64,000 nt of DNA, taken from Camelus ferus. Its lineage: Eukaryota. The notes beneath the pieces are model-generated. The model was not told where the DNA came from. It was given only the letters and a program-made list of their open reading frames with translations, and did no database searches. The DNA lies in assembly GCF_009834535.1 (NCBI RefSeq), contig NC_045707.1, forward strand, positions 37,882,001 through 37,946,000, given 5' to 3'. Both the position numbers and the translations under genes were made by a program. Of the stretch, positions 24,681-34,159 are shown one piece after another; within the stretch, counting starts at the first letter, position 1, and each line of letters begins with the position of its first letter.

Positions 24681-25569
24681 CATACAGGGAGCGAAATGTA
24701 GAGAAGAGCTCTTAATATCTCCCCCTTCCCCCTGCTGCCCAGAACCACCCCCTCCAACACTCATTTAACCTCAATGAAACCCAAAGGCTCTTCCACTGTA
24801 GCCAGCCAGAGCTATTCCCACATGACATCCCTGTACGTGACATGGGTACTCTCTCGACTTTCTGGCAGCCACTCTTTCCAGGGTGGTACGGTGTTGTTTT
24901 CTGCTTCTGGAGTCCTGCCAGTGCTCTCCCTGTTGATGGGGAATTTATCACATTTCAGTTTCTTTTCTCGATAACAGAACCTTCCAACGAATCCCCACTG
25001 TTGTATTCCCACAGGAGGAAGCTATCTTATTTTTCAGTATAAAGTTTAGGACAGAGAAAACAAAGCAAGTGGAACTGCTACCAACTGTCTGCTTGCGCCA
25101 TTCACTTCACACCTGCACGAAGAAGGGAGCAAAAGAGGGAGTGTGCAGGGAACATAAAACTGAAATCCCCCAAAGGGCCTGCAAATTGTCAGTGCCAAGG
25201 AGCATCTCACCTGATGACATGATTCCACAGAGAGGCGAAGGCACCTGCCCAAAGTACCATCTCTGGGTACAGAGGGGGCTGGGAGCCCTGTCTCTTGTCC
25301 CATTTGGTTGTCCCCATACTACAGTGGATACCCAAAGTGATGCTTTTCCCAACAGGAAACTTCTGCCCCCTCAATCACCAAACAGTTGAGAAGAATTCAA
25401 AGTAGGATCTTAATCTGGGTTATTTTGCTTAAATCCTTGTAACATCAACTGATTCTATTGATAATTGTGTTTCCTGGTGTCTTCTGTCAGCCCTCATGAA
25501 AAGGACTTCTCTTGTATGCTTTTATGCACAAAATGTAACACCAATGGGAAGGTGGCAAAAATATTAACA

Positions 25570-25820
25570 GCCAACATTAATTGGGTGCTATCTTGTGCCA
25601 TCTCGTGTTATTCTTAGTGTTTTTTTTTTTTTTGCATTAACTCAATTAATTAATCCTCAACAAAAACCCTTTGAGCTAGATATTATTAGTGTCCACATTT
25701 TAAAGATGAGGAAACTGAGAAGCAAAACAGACACAAAGATCACACAGCCTGAAAGTGGTAGAGCCAGGATTTGAATTCAGCTGGTTTTGACTCTGGAGTC
25801 TATGCTCTTAACCACTGTTT
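25570..25820 (-). mobile_element. MIR SINE
   Basis: CACATTTTAAAGATGAGGAAACTGAG...GGATTTGAATTCAG...TCTTAACCACT. Confidence 0.85.
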
Positions 25821-25888
25821 TTACTGCTTCTCTAGCCATTTATCAGGGGAAGAAATACAGCTTTCTGCTTTGATTTATGAGTAATTTT

Positions 25889-26011
25889 TTTTCTTTTTAG
25901 GGGGGTGTGGGGGAGGTGATTAGGTTTATTTCTTCATTTAATGGCAGTACTGGGGATTGAACCCAGGACCCTGTGCATGCTAAGTATGTGCTCTACCACT
26001 GAGCTACATCC
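25889..26011 (-). mobile_element. tRNA-Ala-derived SINE (Vic-1-like) with a perfect 12-bp TSD
   Basis: Reverse complement GGATGTAGCTCAGTGGTAGAGCACATACTTAGCATGCACAGGGTCCTGGGTTCAATCCCCAG (A and B boxes) followed by a non-tRNA tail; ATGAGTAATTTT at both 25877-25888 and 26012-26023. Confidence 0.9.
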
Positions 26012-26023
26012 ATGAGTAATTTT

Positions 26024-26140
26024 AATTTATTTATGTTTATTGAAGTATAGTTGATTTACAATGTTGTATTAATTTCTGGTGTATAGCACAGTGATTCATT
26101 TGTACATATATATTTTCCTTTTCATATTCTTTTCAGATTT
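26024..26140 (-). mobile_element. L1 3' end (artiodactyl-type), 5'-truncated
   Basis: TTTATTGAAGTATAGTTGATTTACAATGTTGTATTAATTTCTGGTGTATAGCACAGTGATTCA. Confidence 0.9.
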
Positions 26141-26604
26141 TTGATAAAAAACGGACTCAGATATTTTTACTTTTTAAGTATATATTACACATTCCAATAG
26201 CCTGGACTCTTCTAAGAAGTTTGGTGACTGGAGGTCAGCTGAATGCTGTAAATTGTATTTATTACCCACAGACTGGAAGATGACACCAGGCCTGTCTTGC
26301 CACAGAGCATTCTCAGCCCCAGATGCCTGGTCTGTAGTGGGAAAAAACCCAAGAAATATTGTTGATTGACTACATTTGTCTCTTACTGCTTTGTGACTAC
26401 TGAATACTATTCTTGTTTGATCTCTGATACATGTAATCTAGGAAAAATTAAAGGGAAAACTCTGGCTCCAAATAATGAGCTTTCTCTTTAAATAGGCAAG
26501 TGGACAGAGAACATGAAAGTAGCATTTTCGGTTCCAGCCCTTCAGATGGCTGCTGCAGTCTTCCATCTTGCTTCTTCCATGTCAAATACAGACAGTATAA
26601 GCTG

Positions 26605-26990
26605 TATGTATTAGTTAGAGCACTACTAGCTGCTGTAACAAAGAAACTCTCTAATTTCAGGGGCTTAACACAAAAAAAATTTATTTCTCACTCATGGACT
26701 GGTCCAGGGTCCTGGTCAGAGGGTAGCTTTTATTCCTCAAGGTGATGCAGGGACACAGGGTTCTTTAATCTAGTGACTCCCCCATCCTCTGGGGCCTTGG
26801 TGTCCTCTGCTTCCAACTAGGCAACATGGGCAAGGCACACTCAGTTTTAAACACCCTGGTATAGAAGTCATGAACATCACTTTTGCTCATATCCTATTAG
26901 AGATCACCAGTCACATGGCCACAATAGGCTGGGAAATATATGCCCAGCTGAGCAGCTGTCTGTCAGCTCACGTGGGGAAGGAGAAGCATG
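26605..26990 (-). mobile_element. Old MLT1 (K/L-like) LTR
   Basis: TGTATTAGTTAGAGCACTACTAGCTGCTGTAACAAAG...ATTTATTTCTCACTCATG...CTAGTCACATGGCCAC-like end. Confidence 0.7.
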
Positions 26991-27629
26991 AATATATTTT
27001 TTTTTGCCAGATTAAGCTGGGTTGCTTTTTATTGTAAAATGTTTACCAGACAACATACGTGAGTTAGAAAGGTCACAACCTTAGGTAATTTTCTAAAACC
27101 TCATCTAGAAAAAGGAAAGACTAGTGTCAGCCAAAGCACAGGCATTCACTTATGTGAGCTGAGATGTCAGGCAGCTTGGAGCAGGGGTCAGAGCAAAGCC
27201 TGATCACAGGCAACTCAACCTCTTTGAGACTCAGTGGTAACAGCCAAATGGGGACCATAGCACCCATCCTGCAATTTTACAATGATTAGAAGTAATACAT
27301 ATAAAGGTCCTGGCAGACAGTAGACAGCAGTAAACATTAACTGGCATTACTATGTTTTCCGAACAAAGATTTCTCAAGAAAGTAAACACACTTTCTTTCT
27401 TTTAAATTGCTTTCAAAATAGAAAGTGTAATAAAGAGCAAGTAATGAGCCTTGTGTAAATATAAGTTGTGGGACAGTGTAGATGTCACGCTCCCAACTGC
27501 AGATGTTACAACATCGGTCCCATATCCAGAATGAAGCCAGAAATCAGGGTCTAATCAGGAAGTATGAGTAAACTGCTCATAATTGCCTGAATTCTAGTAG
27601 GAGTCAAGGAAGATGAAAAGTAAGTATAA

Positions 27630-27870
27630 TATTAATAGCCATGGTTTATTGAGTGTATATATTATATCTCTTAATCCTCACACCAACACCCTGGGACATA
27701 TTATTACCACCGCCAAGAGCAACTATGTTATTACCATCACCATTTTGCAGATGAGAGAACTGAGGGGCAGAGAGGGAACAGAACTGGCCAAAACGGTCAA
27801 TTACTAGTGGTGGAACAGGGATTTGAACCCAGGCAGTCTGACTCCAGAATTCAAACTCTTAATCAAGGAG
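27630..27870 (-). mobile_element. MIR SINE
   Basis: CCATTTTGCAGATGAGAGAACTGAGGGGCAGAGAGG...GGATTTGAACCCAGGCAGTCTGACTCCAGA. Confidence 0.88.
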
Positions 27871-28064
27871 CCTGGGATCGTGTTGGAGGAAACACTTTAT
27901 CTATGTGAAAACACTTGAGCACAAGGCATGATAACATTGTGCTGAAGTATGGTTCAAACTATAAATGCTATAGGAATTCATTCTGGAGGAACTCCCTTTT
28001 CTTGGGCATGACTGTGTGCCAGGCATTGTACTGGGTGTTTCCATCTTTCCCATTTAAGGAAAGG

Positions 28065-28215
28065 TAGCACAGCACATGTGGAAGAAGAAGAGTACAAACT
28101 CTGGAACTAGACAGATAGGGTTTACATCCTGGTGCTGCTATTTACAACCTGTGTAACCTCAGGCAAATTACTTAACCTTTCTGATATGGTTTCCTCAATT
28201 GAAAACAGGGTTTAC
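28065..28215 (+). mobile_element. MIR SINE
   Basis: CTCTGGAACTAGACAGATAGGGTTTACATCCTGG...GGCAAATTACTTAACCTTTCTG. Confidence 0.8.
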
Positions 28216-28294
28216 TGTCAAAATGGGATCAGCATATGGTAACTGCTATTCATTCAACAAATACTAATTAAGTCCCAGGCACTTGGGAGCAACA

Positions 28295-28712
28295 CTATCA
28301 GCCAGAATAAGCTAGGTCATGCTGCTGTAACAAACAACCCCCAAATCTCCCTGGTTTAACACAAGTTTAACATTTGCTCACATGACTTTTTCAGTGTAGG
28401 TTAGCTGGGACAGTTCTGCCATCTTTACAGAGGTCCAGGCTGGATGAAGGAGGCTCTATCTCTGTATTTCATGGTTGTCAAGATATGATTGCCAATACTG
28501 AATTTTCAGGATTGACAGATATGGGCATTTGCCCATTGGCCCTAAAAAGTTTCTGCCCAAAAGCAATGCATATCACATCTGCTCTCATTCCACTGGTGTA
28601 TGCAAGTCACATGGCCACATCTAATTTCAAGAGGATGGAGTAGTGGATTGCTACCATGTCCCTGGGGATGGAAAGAACCAGAAAATATTCGAACAGCTTT
28701 AATTACCACTAC
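28295..28712 (-). mobile_element. Old MLT1 (K/L-like) LTR
   Basis: CCAGAATAAGCTAGGTCATGCTGCTGTAACAAACAACCCCCAAATCTC...AAGTCACATGGCCACATCTAATTTCAAG. Confidence 0.75.
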
Positions 28713-29099
28713 AAACATAACTTGTTTACTTGTAAAGTAGATCCACTAATCTATACTGTAAGAAGAGGAAACTGAAGTTCTGAGAGGTTAAGTCATTTGA
28801 CCAAGGTCACACAGCCTAACCCCTGGGGGAGCCAGGCTCCACCTGCATGTTATTCACTCTGACTTTTTAATCTACACACACAATGTCTACTGATTTTGTA
28901 TAAAAGTAGAATAGTTGCTTGATGAGGGCAGGGAGGCCCTGCAAGTGTGGAGGACAGAACAGGAATTGAATAAACATGGCCTTTGTGTTTGTAGAATGCA
29001 ATAACCAGTGTGCTCCTGAGGAAGGTAGGAAGGGGCAGAGGCGCTTATGTCAAGCACCAGTAGAAGAGAAGTCTGGACAGAGAATGCCAAGCACAGGAG

Positions 29100-29330
29100 T
29101 GTGGCAGAGGCATACAAATGGGGAATATAACGACTGTGGTGTTACACGCCATTACTCTGGTAGCAGGGAGGGGGTTTACAGGGAGGACACGCTGTAGCTG
29201 GAGTCCAGGTAAGGTGATAAGGGGTAGACAGGAGTGAAGACAGCAGGAATGCAGAAGGGATGAACCTGAGAGCTGTAGAGGAGGGTGGACCCCGCGCACG
29301 GGTGAAAAAGTAAAGAACCACTAGGCGATG
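29100..29330 (-). mobile_element. Degenerate L2 fragment
   Basis: GCTGTAGCTGGAGTCCAGGTAAGGTGATAAGG...GAACCTGAGAGCTGTAGAGGAGG aligns by eye to the antisense L2 consensus. Confidence 0.55.
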
Positions 29331-30313
29331 TGCAGAACGCACCAGACATTCTTCATACCTCACTCTTCCCATCCCAGTCTGGTATACTGCACTACTATTA
29401 TTAAAAAAAAAAATTCCTTAAAGTCTCTTTTTCTCTCGCTTTCTTCCTTATTTTATCTTGCAGTTTCTTAGAAGAACCCGCGCAGCCTCGCCGCAGTGGT
29501 TGGCCCTTCCTGCCTGACCCTCGCTCGTAGGGGTAGGGTGTCTGGCATCATCTCCAGGATTTGGTCATTTCAGTTAAGGGAAAACTCCAAAGGCCCTAGA
29601 GGCCAAGAGGCTTGCACGTCGCCTCTAGCCCAGCAGGCCCCGGGCCTTGCTCCTCCCACAGTCCCTGGTTTGCCCACCTCCAAAAGCAGCCTCGGTGGGC
29701 AGGGTGGGCGCCCAGCTCCATCCTGCAGCTACTAGCGCCCCAACTCTCTTCCTCTCCCAGCGACTCCCGGGGCTGGAGTCCTGGATGGTGTCGGCAGTTG
29801 GGCGGCAGGCCCCAGGTTCAGCCTCCGGGCCTCCCTTCCTCCCGACTCGCCTTTCTTCTGGGAGGGCACCGGGCTGGGGTCAATGCGTCCCTCTTGGGGT
29901 TCTCCAGGGCCTGCAACTGCCCCAGGCGAGCAGCCCTCAGGGTGGGGGCCTGCAAGGAGCGGGTGCCAGCCCTGGCGGGGCGGGAAGGGGTGCGCACTGC
30001 GGTGGGGGTAGGGGAGCCGTGACTCACCGCCTGTAACCCAACACCCGCCCTGCTTCCCCTCCCCCAGCCTCTCCCCCGTCTCCGGCCTGGCGGCCGCGGC
30101 GAAACCCAAAAGAAAATGAAGGGGCGCTCAAGCCCGTGGCGCCCCCGGCCGGATCGCGAGCGGCCCCGGGCGGCTCTCGGCTCCGAGTGCCCTCGTCAGC
30201 CCGGCTCCGGGGTTCGGCGAGCAGCCGCCGCCCGGGCACGAGCAGGAAGGGAGGCCGAGCGGCCGGAGCAGGAGGCGGAGACCGCGGCGGCTGCGGTGGA
30301 GGGCCCGCGATAG

Positions 30314-30340
30314 CGGCGGCGGCGGCGGCGGCGGCGGCGG
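30314..30340 (+). repeat. (CGG)9 trinucleotide repeat
   Basis: Counted directly. Confidence 0.97.
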
Positions 30341-30793
30341 GAGAGCCCGGGGAGTGGGCACCCGGGCTAGGAACCCCGCGATCCCAGTCCCGGCTGAGTG
30401 AGGACAAAGCCCTCTGGCCTCCGCTGCGGCCTACCCTGCGCCGCACAAAGGACGAGTCGCGACACGTACCCATCCCCCTCCCAGCTCGGGGTGGCCCAGG
30501 GGCCCCAGGAGGCGGCCGGGAGGTGGGGGAAGCCCCAGTCGCGCCGCCCCTCGCCCCCTCCCCGGGGGCCGGCCAGCGCGCCGTCCCCGCCCCCGCCCCG
30601 TCTGCGCGTCCTCCCCTGGAGGGGGGCGCGGCGCCCCACGTAACACTCCCCCTCCTGCGCTCGGAGCCACCCCTCTCCCCTCCCTCCCGCGAAAACCACC
30701 GCCTCCCCTGCCACCGCCGCCACCTCGCCCGACGCGCCGCAGCTCGCCGCGGCCGGTGGGCGGTGCGCGGACTGTGCGCGCGGGGGGCGCCAG

Positions 30794-30820
30794 ATGTGCC
30801 GTCCCCGCCGCCGCCAGTGA
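30794..30820 (+). promoter_or_regulatory. Short uORF (MCRPRRRQ*)
   Basis: Seen: ATG 30794 to TGA 30818-30820, out of frame with NUAK1. Relevant only if the TSS is upstream. Confidence 0.5.
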
Positions 30821-30834
30821 CCCAGCCGCAGCCC

Positions 30835-30860
30835 GGGCGGGATTGGGCCGCCTCCCCAAT
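30835..30860. promoter_or_regulatory. GC box plus opposed CCAAT boxes (Sp1/NF-Y-type module)
   Basis: Seen: GGGCGG 30835-30840, ATTGG 30842-30846, CCAAT 30856-30860. Function is inferred. Confidence 0.45.
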
Positions 30861-30879
30861 GCTGCGGGGGCGACCTTGA
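30859..30879 (+). promoter_or_regulatory. Short uORF (MLRGRP*)
   Basis: Seen: ATG 30859 to TGA 30877-30879, ending 92 nt before the main ATG. Confidence 0.5.
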
Positions 30880-30971
30880 GCGCGCCCCGGTTTCCCTCGG
30901 CGGGGACCCCGAGAACCCGAGCGCTGTGCCCGGTCTTGCCCTCTCCAGCCCGGCTCGCCCCGCGTTCAGAC

Positions 30972-31226
30972 ATGGAGGGGGCTGCTGCGCCCGCTGCCGG
31001 GGACGGCCCCGACTTGAGGCCGGGGGCGCCGGGCTCTCCCCTGGAGACGGTGGCCGGGGCGACCGNNNNNNNNNNNNNNNNNNNNNNNNNNNNNNNNNNN
31101 NNNNNNNNNNNNNNNNNNNNNNNNNNNNNNNNNNNNNNNNNNNNNNNNNNNNNNNNNNNNNNNNNNNNNNNNNNNNNNNNNNNNNNNNNNNNNNNNNNNN
31201 NNNCCGAGAGGTTTTCGGGTCGAGTG
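30972..31226 (+). CDS. NUAK1: NUAK family SNF1-like kinase 1 (ARK5), coding exon 1 (partly hidden by an N gap)
   Basis: Seen: ATG in strong Kozak context (G at -3, G at +4) gives MEGAAAPAAGDGPDLRPGAPGSPLETVAGAT; after the gap the same frame reads (T)ERFSGRV, followed by a phase-0 donor GTG|GTGAGT at 31227. Knowledge (recalled): human NUAK1 starts MEGAAAPVAGDRPDLGLGAPGSPREAVAGAT and its first coding exon ends ...ERFSGRV. Confidence 0.95.
31066..31203. other. 138-N assembly gap inside NUAK1 exon 1
   Basis: Seen directly; lies in very GC-rich sequence. Confidence 0.99.
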
Positions 31227-33041
31227 GTGAGTTGGGGAAAAACCCGGGTGGCGCAGGCTAGACGCGGCTGGGGACCGAGGGCACGGGGTCTGGGACGCGG
31301 AGGGGGTCTCTTGTTGGAGAGGGGTTCCCGGGAACCCCCGGACAGATTCCTCATTCTCCCCCCAGCTCCCCGTGGCTCAGGCGTGTCTTTCTCCCGAAAC
31401 ACTTGTTACATCCTGTCTGCGCATATTTTGGGGGTTTTGATCCCAGCAGCAAAGTAGTGTTTATGATTTGCAAACACTTTGCAGCGGCGGGACCGTTGGG
31501 GTCTCCCTCGCGGGCACGCATTCATGTCCTGGAATGCCTTACTGCTCTAACTCCAAACAGACCCACATCCTCAGCTGGGAGCTGGTCCCCCAAGTCCAGT
31601 GTCCTGTAGATGAATGAGACCCCCCACCCCCAACGCCGCATCCTCCCATCACCCTGATGCTACTGTCGCTGCAAGGGAGGGCCGGTTCCTGCCTGTTTTT
31701 AAGAGAGGTTAGGGGGCAAAAATAAAGGCTGCTGCATGCCTGAGGGTTGTGACAGTTTGGGTTGGCTTCTGGGAGGACTGAAATGCCCAGGGCATGGACA
31801 GCCTCACAGACACTGAGTTGCAGACTCAACTGCAGTTCAGGCCCTGGCTGCAGGGCTACTCCATTGCTTAAGGGGTCTGGCTCAGCCGACCCACTCTTTG
31901 TGACAGCTGAAAAGAAACCCTGCCAGGTTCCTAAGACCATTTACACAGCCCCAAGTAGAGCCTTTAGTGCTTTGGGGTCTCTACATTGTCCCAAACTTGG
32001 TTTGTTGTCATTTTCCTTTCTGCAGAACAGGATCTTGAAATCCACACTGCTTGTGGCTAGAAGGTTGGGTTCAAAGTGACTGACTGTTGCAGAAAGATTT
32101 TGTGTGGTGTGTGGCACAAAATTAACATGATTCTTTGATTTGAAGCATGTCAGTTGGATTTTAATCGACTCAGGGCCAAAGTCAGGAACTAATTATGTGC
32201 ACTTTTGGGGATGTTTTGGGGCCCAGGGTTGCTTATAAACTTAACAAATGACCACAGGGAAAAAACAAAATGAAGTGGTAGGTTGGTGTTGGTATTTTTC
32301 TTTCGCATCTGTGTATTTGGATACCTGGATTACTCCCTTACCTAAGCTTCACCCTTTGGGTTGATACAGCTTTATCCTATAGCTTAAAAAAATCTGTTAC
32401 GGGTTAATTGGAAATTTGAGACATTATACATTGTATTTTTAAGTTGTCTCCTATCAAATTCTATAGCAAGCATTTGAGAGTGCACTCTGGGGCAGGTGCT
32501 TCAGGAGGAGATGGTTGTAGAGATGTCCTTTGAGGAGCATACTTTCAGGTTTGTGGGAGAGGAGGCTGAGAAACGTGCGCTTCATTCATGCTTTTCTTCT
32601 GAGGTGATATTCCCCAGGCTGGATGTTGAATAAGCAAAATCTAAGCCTAGCTCCTTGCTCATGTTGTCTTAATAGCTGTTGAAGAATCGCACTGGGAAGT
32701 TGGAAAGCGGAATAATGAAAAACAGACGCGGTTTGAGCTGCAGGTTGAGGATGTGAGCTTGTGAGGGGTTGAGTGGTAAGGGTGTGTCTGGGATCTGTAA
32801 GAGGATACAGATCCTGAAGGCTGGGATCTGCCGCTAACTGAAAGAATGAAAGCTTGTCTCATGGGTGACATCTTTCTGAGTGTCACTGGGGCTTCAGGTA
32901 TTTGTCTATCTCTCTGATCCACCGACTAGGATAGAGTGAAGGGGATTGCATCAGTAGACAGCAGCCTGCCTTTCTCTTTTTGTGGGTGTCTTTCCCTTTA
33001 TTTGCAGAGACTCTGAAACATTCCGTCGGGATTTAGTCGAA

Positions 33042-33060
33042 TGGCCACTAGAGGGCGCCC
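33042..33060 (+). promoter_or_regulatory. CTCF binding motif
   Basis: Seen: TGGCCACTAGAGGGCGCCC, a full match to the core CCASYAGRKGGCRS in apparently non-repetitive DNA 1.8 kb into intron 1. Confidence 0.8.
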
Positions 33061-34159
33061 TGAGAACGGAAGAGGCTCATGTAACAGCTACAAGATTTGA
33101 GTCCGGCTGCGTTATTGTCCAGACCTAGTGCAGTTTCCCATTGTGCTATTAATTTCAGCTACATCCCTTGTTTTACTCAAAAATTATGCAAAGATTTTGA
33201 ATCTGGTAGCATATCCACATCCAGAAACAGGCAATCACCAAACTGCGATCGACTTGATAGATAAGCTTAAGATGTTAGCAAAATCTGGTGAAAACCTTGC
33301 ATTAAGCAGATGGGAAAACTGAGATTGGGTGAAGGGAAGGCCTCTTTGGTCTTGAGTCCTCCTCCTGCTGAGCACAGTGCTCGCAGATGGTGTTAAAACT
33401 TGAGTGAGAAACAGAATTTGTCAGGTGGAAAATTCCCTGTGCCTGACTGAACAGAAAATAAAACAAACACCCCCAAAATTGGTCAGCAAGTTGTTCTTGC
33501 CTGTACAGTACGTGGTGACTCAGAAGCTGTCAAAAGCAGCAAGAAATTTTCATCTAAAGTATGAAAAACTTGAAGTTTTCGTAGTTTTCTTTTGGTTCCA
33601 AGGATGCACTAAACATTCACAACCTGCTTTTGAGGTGCAGTTAAGGAGAATTCAGAGCATGCTGTCTCAATTCTGCCTTTTAGATCTTTGGGTAGGATTG
33701 TGAAGAGATGTTTTATTTTCATTTGTACCCACGCCTTTTAGAGCACTTCCCGAGGGGAGAGTGCCTTTTATAGCTGCTTTGCCAGTACCGGTGGCTGAAG
33801 TCGGGTGCTGGGCATCAGGCTGCATGAGATGCTGTGAAATCAGCACTCCTGAGTTGGAGAAGTGTTTAAGAATGAGAGTGCTGTGGCTTTTAATTGCACG
33901 TCTGGAAGGGCCTAGTGAATCAAACAAAACGCACCATGCAGCATCATCGCTCTGTGAAAGGCAGTTCCAAAGAGAGTTGTAGAATCAGGAACACAGAGTC
34001 AGCTGGTCCAGCCTCTGCCTGATCCAGGCATCCTCCTCTCTGAATCCTAAATGTGGTCTTGCTGCCTCTGCTTAAGCATGTCCACGAGAAAGGACTCCGA
34101 TCTCCAATCTCTGGCTTCTTCCAGAGATTAACAAACCCCACAATGAGGCAGTCTTGCAG

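Larger units (their letters stand above)
29480..31520. promoter_or_regulatory. CpG island / NUAK1 promoter and 5' UTR
   Basis: Seen: abrupt rise in GC and CpG density, several GC boxes (CCCCGCCCCCGCCCC near 30585-30599), no TATA box noticed; overlaps coding exon 1. Confidence 0.95.

Noticed and set aside
25940-26011. tRNA-Ala(AGC)-like gene
   Set aside because: The acceptor stem is degenerate and the sequence continues into a SINE tail flanked by a TSD; it is a SINE head, not a tRNA gene. The same applies to the copy at 50555.
30431-31402. 323-aa minus-strand ORF, plus overlapping 100-250-aa ORFs in the CpG island (29612-30879)
   Set aside because: Low-complexity Gly/Arg/Pro/Ala translations are expected where GC-rich DNA lacks stops. 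The longest runs through Ns and is the antisense shadow of NUAK1 exon 1; no recognisable domain.
31227-31457. Continuation of the 233-aa ORF past ERFSGRV
   Set aside because: Read-through into intron 1 after a canonical GTGAGT donor; similarity to NUAK1 stops there.
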